DNA from: Octopus bimaculoides
Lineage: Eukaryota
Direction of reading: 5' to 3'
Assembly (NCBI RefSeq): GCF_001194135.2
Contig: NC_068990.1
Coordinates: forward strand, 9,318,554-9,362,554
Length of the DNA: 44,001 bases
The position numbers and the translations under genes were made by a program. The notes beneath the pieces were generated by a model that worked only from the letters and a program-made list of their open reading frames with translations, had not been told where the DNA came from and searched no databases. This document shows, one piece after another, positions 10,641-21,176 of this stretch (position 1 is its first letter; each line of letters opens with the position of its first letter).

Positions 10641-11684
10641 AGCATTTATGTTCTTTAACTTAGCTGTACACCTTCTGAAAGATGTTTCCAGTGTAAGATT
10701 TTTCACATTTCTAACAAGCAGTATGATATAACCGTTAGGTCACATATATATCTCTATGTTGTTGATTAGACAGTTCATTAATATGCATATATTATTGCTA
10801 TGTTTGGACTGATTCACAGATTAGCATTTTTCAGTGAAGACCATGATTACACTTGATGTGTGTTCAGTCCCTCTTTGTGGACTGCCTAGTTCAGTAGTTT
10901 CAGAAGATAAATATTGTCACTGGCAGCATGAAATTTCTTTGGAGAAATACTATCTAGAAAAGGATGTAGAATCTTTTGAAACTGCTTGGTTTTGATCATT
11001 CTAATCCTTGCTTTATTGCATCTATTACTTGTGTGGTAGATTTCATATTGATATCAGTTGTGGGTCTATATGACGTACTGTAGAGCTTTTGATAAATGTA
11101 GAGATTCATATATCAGAAACACTGTCCGTAAACTGCACATAGATGTTAAATATGACACTTGTGTATACATACCTCTCCTGTTAAAGACATTTGGAGAGAT
11201 ATCAAAACCAGAATATTATGGTCACCATCAAAGACTGGACAGAATATTGAAAATTTGAGGATTAAACACACTTGATCCTTTCATCAACAACAGACAGAAG
11301 TTGCACAAAGTTAATCAACTAATATAACACTACTAAACTGCACATATAACCACCATCTACCTATATCTAAGTTTGTTTTCCAGTTTTCTCTTGATAATAT
11401 ATTTAAAATTTGAAACATTGAAATATTAGTGTAAACTGTTGATTTTGTTTACTTTTGTTTTAATTCCATTATTTCTAACTTTAAATCCAGTAGCTTTCTA
11501 AAACAATTTAATTCTATTTCATAATGCTTCCTCTAAACTACACAACTGTAATATCATTACACCTGAGCCAGGCTAAATATATTACGATGAAGAATTTATT
11601 CAATCTATTCGAGTAACAGGTAAAGAGTGGCTACCTGGTTAATTTTTTACATCTTTGCTTGAAGCATTCAGGAACATTCAGCTA

Positions 11685-12257
11685 CCTAAATGCAGAATAC
11701 AGAGAACATGCAAAGACTAGAGAAGAATGAAACTTGTAAGCTCCACTGGATGTGCAGTGTCAGTGTATATGTGCAACAGAGCACTAATGTATTGAGAGAA
11801 ACATTAGACATAATAGTAATTATATGCAGTGTACAAGAGAGGAGACTGTGCTGGTTTGGTTACATGGTGCAGCTGGAGGAGAACAGTTGTATAAAGTAGT
11901 GCTGATCACTTAAAGTGGATGGAAGTTGTGGAAGAGGGAAACCCAGGAAGACATGGAAATAAGTACTGAAGATTGATCTCAAAATGTTGGGCCTTACAAA
12001 AGAGATGACAATGGATCAAGATATGTGATGCATTGCTGTACTGAAGCAGACCTACTCACCTCAACAAAATTGAGACCCTAAAACCAAGATGCCACATGAA
12101 AAAGTACCCACTACACCCTGCAAAGTGGTTAGCATTAGGGAGAGCATCCAGCTGTAGAAACCGGGCCAAAACAGACTATGGAACCAGGTTCTTGTCAAAC
12201 TGTCCAAACAAAACTCATGCTAGCATGGAAAATGGACATTAAATGATGATGATGATG
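11685..12257 (+). mobile_element. RTE-clade LINE 3' end
   Basis: RRLCWFGYMVQLEENSCIK...VDGSCGRGKPRKTW (RTE C-terminus), then a 3' UTR ending catgctagcatggaaaatggacattaaa(tga)n. Confidence 0.8.
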
Positions 12258-12886
12258 TTAATGAAGTTTAAAATCTCCCTAAATTACACTGAGAAGTTTT
12301 TGTCACCTAATGTTTTTTTAAAATTATGAAAATATGATCCGGTTAAAGAAATGTATTGGTAAATAAATTTTTGAAGAAAAAAATTTTTCAAAAATCTCAA
12401 ATTCAAAATTTCGACCCCNNNNNNNNNNNNNNNNNNNNNNNNNNNNNNNNNNNNNNNNNNNNNNNNNNNNNNNNNNNNNNNNNNNNNNNNNNNNNNNNNN
12501 NNNNNNNNNNNNNNNNNNNNNNNNNNNNNNNNNNNNNNNNNNNNNNNNNNNNNNNNNNNNNNNNNNNNNNNNNNNNNNNNNNNNNNNNNNNNNNNNNNNN
12601 NNNNNNNNNNNNNNNNNNNNNNNNNNNNNNNNNNNNNNNNNNNNNNNNNNNNNNNNNNNNNNNNNNNNNNNNNNNNNNNNNNNNNNNNNNNNNNNNNNNN
12701 NNNNNNNNNNNNNNNNNNNNNNNNNNNNNNNNNNNNNNNNNNNNNNNNNNNNNNNNNNNNNNNNNNNNNNNNNNNNNNNNNNNNNNNNNNNNNNNNNNNN
12801 NNNNNNNNNNNNNNNNNNNNNNNNNNNNNNNNNNNNNNNNNNNNNNNNNNNNNNNNNNNNNNNNNNNNNNNNNNNNNNNNNNNNNN

Positions 12887-14346
12887 AAGACGTGTGGCCA
12901 GAACCTCCTGGAAAATAACCATAGCGAGGGACATTCCACAGTTGAATTAGAACAGTCACAAACGGTGAAATAAGACATGCACCCAACACCAGAGCTGAAG
13001 ACACCTCCGAAAGGAGGAGCCCCGCCACGTTAAAACGGTAGAGGAGTAGGGGCTGAAACCGGACGTGGTTCCTCCTGATGATGTCTTGAGCTAACTGGAT
13101 CCTATAAAGGAGCTGTTGTGGTAGCAGACCACGAAACATGGTTGAAATTCCTCCCCAATGTTCGTATTGCCAGAAAGAAATGACACTGATAAAACATAAG
13201 GAAAGGAAGCTATTTCGTTGCCCTACACATAAAACTGCAAAAGAGTCCATTATGAAGTCTTCTTTTCTGGCAAACTCTAAATTACGATTACAGGATTTTA
13301 TTCTTGTAACGTATTTATAGTCCCGCAATACAGCCCTTCATACATCATCTGAGATGACTGGTCTCTCAAATTCTACTGTTGTTCAATGGTACCAGTACAT
13401 GAGGGACATTACAAGCAATTCTCTCTTGACTAACCCCTACCAAATTGGTGGACTTGGGCACATCGTTGAAATAGATGAATCTATGATGTGCAAGCGTAAA
13501 TACAACAGAGATAGAATGCCACAGGAGAGGTGGGTTTTTCGAGGATGGGATAGAGAGGATAAAAAAGGGTTTCTAGTCTTTGTACCTGACCGTTCTTCTG
13601 AAACTCTTTTACCCCTTATCAAGAAATTCATCAAACCAGGTACGTCTGTATATTCTGATTGTTGGAGTGCTTATAATGGGATTGCTGAAATAGAAGTGAC
13701 CCCCAAATATACCCATTTCAAGGTGAACCATTCTGAAAATTTTGTTGATCCAACAATAAGCGCTCATACCAATTCGGTTGAATGTTATTGGAAGAACGTA
13801 AAACGACGTTTTAAGAGTATGATGGAGGCACACATTCTTGAAAGTTGAATTTTCCGCTAATCTTCGCGTCGGCAATCTTCGGTAGTTTTCGTCGCCTTAA
13901 AAAATGTGCCAAGTTACCAAAAAGAGGTAGTGTGTTATTTTTCTTTAATTTGTTTTTTTAAAATTATTATTTAAATTATTTTTTAAAATTATTTAAATTA
14001 TTAAAAAAAAATTACTTAGAAAAAAAATTTATTTTGTTTAAAAAAAATTACCTTGTGCTTTTGTGTTATTTACAAAAAATATTGTTTTTTTCTTTAAAAA
14101 AATCCCTATTTATTACTTTGTGTAAAAAAATTTACATTTTGTTAAAGAAAAAAGCCCATTTATATTTTATATATAATTCAGTCTTTACTTGCATACACGT
14201 TTTGCTCATGCGCGTCACGCGTGCGCGCATCTACTAATTTGCATACGCGTGCACACGCACTAGGTAGTCGTAGGATCGGCTACTCACGAATAGCTAGCGC
14301 GGATGCGCGAGTGCGCGCACCGGGACCACTTTTCTCGGATAGTACC
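12887..14346 (+). mobile_element. Merlin-superfamily (IS1016/ISXO2-like) DNA transposon; left end lost in the assembly gap
   Basis: Contains the transposase remnant below. The right end reads GGTACTATCCGAGAAAAGTGG on the minus strand (GG-start terminus typical of Merlin) with GC-rich palindromic subterminal sequence. The left TIR and TSD are not visible. Confidence 0.88.
13138..13848 (+). pseudogene. Merlin/ISXO2-like DDE transposase pseudogene
   Basis: N-terminal CxxC...C zinc motif (QCSYC...FRCP), then VEIDES, KRKYNR, WVFRG, SDCWSAY, VNHSENFVDP, HTNSVECYW. One in-frame stop at 13318-13320 and a truncated C-terminus. Confidence 0.93.
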
Positions 14347-14570
14347 GTTAATTTCTTTCAATTCTTTTAATATGCCCTCGCTGGTAATTTTATCCGGTGA
14401 GTTTGAAGTAGGTTTTGGTGACATTTTTCGTTCCTCCTGTGGTAAATAGTAGTAGTAACAGAGAAAGAGGAATTTCGATTATACCCACGTGGTGAGTTGT
14501 AATATATATAAGAAATTTTAAAAAAAGGGAAAATACACACACTTTACATAGTTTTAATATAATTTTTAAT

Positions 14571-14605
14571 ATATCGACCTGTTTCGCTTTCGCTATTCAT
14601 GATAT
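14571..14605 (-). ncRNA. Decayed hammerhead ribozyme relic
   Basis: AUAUC-AUGA-AUA-GC(GAAA)GC-GAAA-C-AG-GUC-GAUAU: 5-bp stem I, GAAAC..GUC cleavage arm and GNRA-capped stem II, but the CUG of CUGANGA is missing. Confidence 0.35.
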
Positions 14606-15097
14606 TATGGCTTACTTATTTGAATATGTATTAAGAAATCTTTTGTCCATGTGTGTGATGATATTTACGAGTAGAAGAATAAGGGGAGGTAATTCGTTAT
14701 CGTTATAGTTATATATATATACTTATCTATCATGGTAATGCATGCTGAGGAATGTGAGGCTATTATGCCAGTCCAGAAACCGGTCCACGTGAGTCTAAAT
14801 ACTTGAATGTATACTGAGAGATGATCTGAGCTCGTTTGCTTTCAGACGGTTGATTTCTGTAGTTATCAGTGTATTTTGGTGATTTAAATAAGTTTTGACT
14901 GTTATTTCCAGCAGGTAGACATACATAATATGTCCTTTAATTAATTTTAATCCTTCAGCAATTTAATGCCTTTCTGGGACCTGCAATCATCTATATTGTT
15001 GATTCTGTTATTATCACTTTTAAATTGTTACACTAGATAATAATAGAGTCAATGATATCTTTGCAAATTATTTCTCGTGAACTATTTTCTCCGTATT

Positions 15098-15136
<39 letters not shown>

Positions 15137-15659
15137 TATACTGTCAGTGTGTATGTCTTATTCATAATGTTTGCTTCCCAAACCACATAGTTTTGGATTC
15201 AGTCCCATTGCATATCACCTTGATATGCATATCAAGGTTTCACTATAAACCTTGGCTGTCCAAAGTCTTGTGAGTAGATTTAGAAGATGGAAAATGAAAG
15301 AAATCCAGCATGTATGTAGGTGTGTATGTATGTGAGGGTATGTATGTGTGTATTAGTGTCTCCTTATCTTGACATCACATGTAATATATTTAGGGAAGCC
15401 CCCACACCATGAGTATTATTTTTCTTTTACCTTAAGTTAATAAAGCTGGTGATCCATTGGTAAATATAGCTATTGATGAAAGATGAAAAAACTGATATTA
15501 TGTGTCTATACAGTTAGTAAGCTAAATGTATATTTATTCTCTATATTTATTCTCTATATTTAATATATGAATAAAAATGTAAAATATATATAATTTTTAT
15601 CTATTTTTAAATATAGTTTTTAATCAACAAAAAACTGAAATCTCTATTCTTTCTTTCAG

Positions 15660-15773
15660 TTTATTGTATATGGTGGTTACTTTGGTGTTCTGGCACTACC
15701 ATTTCTTGCACGGATGTTTTACTGCTTCTTCTATAAAAGACGTAGCATGGGTTTCAAAAATGAAAATACCTAA
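15660..15773 (+). CDS. SLC19A2/3: Last coding exon of the SLC19A-family transporter (final TM helix and C-tail)
   Basis: Acceptor tctattctttctttcag, phase 0, encodes FIVYGGYFGVLALPFLARMFYCFFYKRRSMGFKNENT*. It continues in frame from the 8941-9082 exon and resembles SLC19A2 FLIYASYFALIAVVFL. Confidence 0.92.
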   Translation, partial: FIVYGGYFGVLALPFLARMFYCFFYKRRSMGFKNENT

Positions 15774-15829
15774 AAACAAAAACAAAAAAAACCCTTTCCA
15801 ATGATATAATACAAACATATGCATACATC

Positions 15830-15978
15830 ATACATACAACCACACTCACACACTCACTCTCTCACACACTCACACACACACTCACACACTCACTCTCTCA
15901 CACACTCACACACTCACACACACACTCACACACACGTTCACACTCACTCACACATACTCACACACACACACACACACA
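15830..15978. repeat. (CA)n/(CACT)n microsatellite just 3' of the SLC19A stop codon, abutting a gap
   Basis: Read directly from the sequence. Confidence 0.95.
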
Positions 15979-17031
15979 NNNNNNNNNNNNNNNNNNNNNN
16001 NNNNNNNNNNNNNNNNNNNNNNNNNNNNNNNNNNNNNNNNNNNNNNNNNNNNNNNNNNNNNNNNNNNNNNNNNNNNNNNNNNNNNNNNNNNNNNNNNNNN
16101 NNNNNNNNNNNNNNNNNNNNAAAAAAAATTGCTTTTGTTTTAAATCTTTTAGAGTTTAAAATTTTCAAATTGGTAAAAAAAAAAAAACTAAGAATATTTT
16201 TATAAAGTGAAATGTTAGAAGGTGATAAGCAGATGCATGACATTTGATTCAATGGTGCTAAGTCTATGGGAGATAAGATGCTGGACTACTGAGAGTGTGC
16301 TTTGAAGTTCATTGTGCAATATTTGTGAGTACAACACTCTGCTTTGGTTTGCTTACCTGACAAAAATAGACTCTGCTTGTACTTCACAGTTGTGTGGTTA
16401 AGAGTTGTGGGACATCTAGTTGTAACACCAATGATTTACAATTTATATTATCATATAATTTCATATTTAATAATGGAAAATTAAAAAAAAATAGAAGACA
16501 GATATATGAATTGAAATTCATTATCAATTTATTTTTTTTATCCATTTCAATTTTGAATCCAATTTTTTAAAAATTAATTTAGATTTGAGTTTAAATTATA
16601 TTATCAAGTAAGCAAAATACTGTTGATTGAAATTCACTGTCAGTTTCCTGATTTTGCTAATGAAACTTGTATGTTTTACTAACAAGAAACAAATCAATTG
16701 GTAAAAACTCCACCTCACCACACACATGCATACTTACAGACACTTACATACACACATACTCCGTACACATGCATGCATGCACACACACACACATACAAAA
16801 GAAACTAAATAATGTTCCAATATATACTTAGTGGAACTTGAAATAACTACTGATGCTTTGTTAATGTGCTGTGAGCAAAGAGATAATTCTTCTCATAGCA
16901 TTCTAATATGCAGTAAACTCCTATTCCAGGACAACTGGGACCAGGAGGTTGCTGCATAACTGAATTTTCCAGATATTTGATTATCACCTTTTAAATTACC
17001 ATAACACTTTACAAAACTCATTAAAATTCTC

Positions 17032-17103
17032 TATATACATCAGTATATACATCAGTATATACATCAGTATATACATCAGTATATACATCAGTATATACAT
17101 CAG
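17032..17103. repeat. Perfect 12-bp tandem repeat (tatatacatcag) x6
   Basis: Read directly from the sequence. Confidence 0.97.
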
Positions 17104-17116
17104 TATTAGAGTATCA

Positions 17117-17292
17117 AGCTGGCACTATTGTTACCACTCCAGGAAAAATGCTTAGCAGCATTTTGTCCATCTTTACGTTGTGAGTTCAAATACCACCAGA
17201 GGTCAATAATATAAGTACCTGTTGAGAACTGGGGTTAATGTAATTAACTTACTACTTTTCCTGAAATTGCTGGCCTTGTGCCAGAATTTGAA
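17117..17292 (+). mobile_element. SINE family B copy, internally deleted
   Basis: gctggcactattgtta...aaatgcttagcagcatttt...gagttcaaatacc...ctggggttaatgtaatt...ggccttgtgcc. Confidence 0.7.
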
Positions 17293-17504
17293 ATCATTAG
17301 TATCATTAATATTCTGAATATAGCAGAAATGAGAGAAACAGGAATAAATGAAAATATAATTTAAATAAAGAGCAAATTATATTAATCTAATAAAATACAG
17401 CAACTGTAATCGCTGTAAAATAATATACTGTACTTTGGGAAACAATGCTCCATTCTGGATATTGTAGATGCTTTCTTTTAGAAACATTTTATTCTTTTTT
17501 TCTT

Positions 17505-17770
17505 TTACTTGTTTCAGTTATTTGACTGTGGCCATGCTAGAGCACTGCCTTTAGTCTAACAAATCCACCCCAGGACTTATTCTTTGTAAGCCTTGTACTT
17601 ATTCTATCGGTCTCTTTAGCTGAACTGCTAAGTTACAGGGACATAAACACACCAACATTGGTTATCCACTCACAAAGCTTTGGTTTGCCCGAGGCTATAA
17701 TAGAAGACACTTGTCCAAGGTGCCACGTGGTTGGGAAGCAAGCTTCTTACCATACAGCCACTCCTGCACC
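17505..17770 (-). mobile_element. SINE family A copy, internally deleted
   Basis: ttacttgtttcagttatttgactgtggccatgc...cttaccatacagccactcctgcacc. Confidence 0.8.
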
Positions 17771-17842
17771 TATGGAAACTTTTTTCTCACAACAATCAAT
17801 TAATTAACATAAATTAACACAGATTCTCTTCATTCTAATTGG

Positions 17843-18050
17843 CTTCAAATTTTGGCACAAGATTAGCAAGCTCAGGAGAGGGGTTAAGTCAATTACATTA
17901 ACCCCAGTGCTCAGCTGGTGCTTACTTTATTGACCCCAAAAGGATGAAAGACAACGTTAACCTTGGTGGAGATTGAACTCAGAATATAAAGACAGACAAA
18001 ATGCTGCTCAGCATTTTGCCTAGGATGCTAAGGATTCTGCCAGCTCACCA
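17843..18050 (-). mobile_element. SINE family B copy
   Basis: Same sequence as 2145-2355. Confidence 0.8.
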
Positions 18051-18685
18051 TTTTGACTCTAATTAGCAATACATTTTCTTATATTTTCTGTCTGGTGTTG
18101 GTTGCTTGAGATCTCTGGTTATTTAAGTCCTGGATGAGAAGGATTTTGTTGATTTTGCTTTTATTTCTTTTCACATTGTTGACAAAAAAAAAAGAGGTCT
18201 GCACCTTTCTTTTTCAAAAAAATTTTATCAATTTAGGATTTTATTTTTCTTGCTTTCAAATTTAATGTATTTAATTGTAACCGTCCATCATAAATGATAA
18301 ATGAGCCAGAAGTCATTTAATTTTGTAGATATCTTAGCAATCTTGGAGTAGAATTTGACACGAAGGTGCTTCTTCTAAAATTTGAAAAGTCGTAGTGGCA
18401 TTTACTAGCCAGTTTTGATAAACTTCTTAAATACGTTATGTAGACATTGGTATATATACACACGTATACACATACATACATGCACACACGGACACTTGTA
18501 AATCTAGGAACTTTCAGTTATACACATAAACATATAAGAATTATACACATATGTATGCATGTATATGCATGAATGCTTCTTGATTTAAATATATGCATAC
18601 ACGTGTATATATGCAATTAAATATAAGTGTGTGTATATTCACATGACTCTATACACTAATACTGATATTCTGTATAGTGCAGTGC

Positions 18686-18687
<2 letters not shown>

Positions 18688-18748
<61 letters not shown>
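18688..18748. repeat. (AC)n microsatellite
   Basis: Read directly from the sequence. Confidence 0.97.
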
Positions 18749-18750
<2 letters not shown>

Positions 18751-19321
18751 TAAAGATACAATCACACTGATAAGATGCACATACACTCATGCTCTCTCTC
18801 TCTCTCTTTCACACACACACACACACTTATATAAAAGTTGTCCCTTAAGTCAATAGGTGAAATTTATTCTGTTCCTTGAATAAATGAATAAATTATAGAG
18901 ATATTATATATTTATAAACTAATCATGTCTGTTGGCATTTATGAAGCTTGTTTAATATGACAAGCATCAATTTCATTTGAGAGTTATAACTGTTTAATAG
19001 AAGTGTCAAATATAGTCATTTCATTTTCTCTATTTCAAGACAATTAATAATCATTTCTTTCATTACATTGTGTGAAAGTCATTTAAGTTCCTTATGAATA
19101 GATTAACATTTAAGCCATAAACCAACATAAAAAAAAAATTTATACAAAATTTCAGACACAATCATAGCTTTGTTGGTCGCTTCACTAATTTCTTTTAAAT
19201 GTTCTTCATCACTTCACTTTTGGTGAAGTTTATTGTTTCTTTTACATTGTATACTTTGTGGTCCTGCCTCAGTGTGTCTCTCATTATTTGACTAAACTCA
19301 GGTGGTCAGTTGACTAAACTC

Positions 19322-19497
19322 AGGTGACAGAATTGTTAGCATGCTGAGCAAAATGCTTAGTAGCATTTCGTCTGTCTTTATAATCCAAGTTCAAATTCTA
19401 CTGAAGTCAAGTTTGCCTTTTATCCTATCAGGGTCGATAAAATAAGTCAATGTAACTGTCCCAAACTTGCTGGTGTTGTACCAAAATTTGAAACTGT
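19322..19497 (+). mobile_element. SINE family B copy
   Basis: gtgacagaattgttagcatgctgagcaaaatgcttag...gtttgccttttatcc..ggggtcgataaaataag. Confidence 0.75.
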
Positions 19498-19531
19498 TAT
19501 TTGATTAAACTTATGCCATTCAAATGATTTA

Positions 19532-19714
19532 CCATATTTGATGGCATAAAAGGCAGATTGTCATATTAGATGCACCCCAAATTAAGCAGGGCATATTCTG
19601 GAAGAAAAATTTAACTTCATGTATGTGATTCAACTTCACATGCAGCACCCAGGATGATTTTTTTGGGACATGTTTTTGGAAAAAAGAAACTGTCTTATAT
19701 GCAACCAAATATGG
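19532..19714. mobile_element. pogo/Tigger-like MITE, CpG-decayed
   Basis: TA-flanked inverted ends ccatatttgatggcata / tatgcaaccaaatatgg, and internal attagatgcacccc and tgtcttatatgc motifs. Confidence 0.6.
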
Positions 19715-21158
19715 TATGTTTTAAAACCAAATTTTTGAACTTGCTTATGATTCATAATTCTGTTATAATTTTAACTGTGTTCTCTAGTTAGATTTCAATA
19801 GGGAATCTTTAGAAAACATTCAAATAAAAGATTTGTTTCCCTATATTAACATTTACTGTCTGTGGCTAATTGAAGACTGTCTCAGTGATAAATACTTGTT
19901 GATTCAGTGTTGATCTGCATTTGCACAAAAAGAAAACAGACCTTAATTATTCAGGGTCTGGCTAAGCAAAACCAACTGAGGACATTCGACATCAGTTGCT
20001 GTTATTACTGTTTAGCTCCCACATTAGCTGTGGTTGATTATATTATCAAATGTGTTTAAAGATGTGACCAATCTGTGCATCCAGTATCATCACTCATTGT
20101 AAATGGACTAATTTAACTGGTCTATATAATTCTTTCATGAAATCTTTGACTATCATAACTCAGCATGATAAGAAAAAGGAGTGGCTTGTAGGCCAGCTGA
20201 TAAGGGACTACAATCTGAAGAGGCCCTACATCTGTTAGTTATAGCATTGTGGACACCATTTGGTACAGAGTTACTTTATTTCTATAAATCCTTCTAGTTC
20301 TTTTATTCTGACCTGTTAGTTGTGAGTGTATCCAGAATGCTACACACATATACATGCACAGCTGTAACCAATACATAAATCATATGTATTTAGCACTGAT
20401 TACTAAAATATCTAATGAGGAATTTGAAAAAGGGCCTACATTTCATATCTAGCCTAGTTCTGTTCCTGTTGAAGTAAGGTATACATTTCCCTTCTGATCT
20501 GGACCAGTTACTATATTTGCATAGGCTTAATCCATGGACAACTTTTCCCAAAACACATCACCATAAGTAATCAGTATTACTAATTATCCACACAAAGCCT
20601 TTAATGATGATAATTTGTATAATATCTACAGTGAAACAGGGATAATAGAAAGGGAAGTTATGAAGTTTGTGACCTTTCATATATTGTAGTGATGAAGATG
20701 AAGTGGCTCTAATTGGTGGGGAAAATGGATGAAAAAAGGAAAAACTAATCATGTGCATTTCTGATTTTCTAGCAATAAATATTCTGGGATGTATATTGAA
20801 TTCAGGGATAAAGCATGTAAATTAATAAAATTTTACTTAACAAATAATTGTAGATTAAGCTGAAGTTTCAGAAATTCAATTTCACATTCAAAATGAAAAT
20901 TGATTTATTTTTTGTACATCACATTTATAATGATTTATATTCATTTGAAATTGTTTTACATTTTATATTTTATAATTGAATCCTAATTGAAAGTATATAA
21001 ATATTCAAACAATAAAATGTGTTGTCTTTGAGTTATTTTCTGTTGCTAAATGATTTAAATATGTTTTGTGATTATTTGTGAAGTTGTCTGAAAGGAAACA
21101 GCACTGGATTTGGTGCAGAATTTGGTTTCTTCCCTATAAATTTAATTTCTCTACTCAC

Positions 21159-21176
21159 TGAACTCATTGTCAGCAC
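21159..21176 (-). CDS. Candidate 18-nt microexon of the same minus-strand gene
   Basis: Acceptor aattaatttttcag and donor gtgagt flank GTGCTGACAATGAGTTCA. Phase 1-1 reading gives (G)ADNEF, compatible with the exon at 25850-25904. Confidence 0.25.

Noticed and set aside
12284-13328. Long ORFs of 190-334 aa
   Set aside because: They are mostly N-gap, or the antisense of the Merlin element.
17032-17103. Regular short repeats as a CRISPR-like array
   Set aside because: They are head-to-tail repeats with no spacers, in a eukaryotic context.
18329-18395. + strand acceptor followed by YLSNLGVEFDTKVLLLKFEKS*
   Set aside because: It is not phase-compatible with the SLC19A penultimate exon (phase 0 gives IS*), and no partner exon was found.
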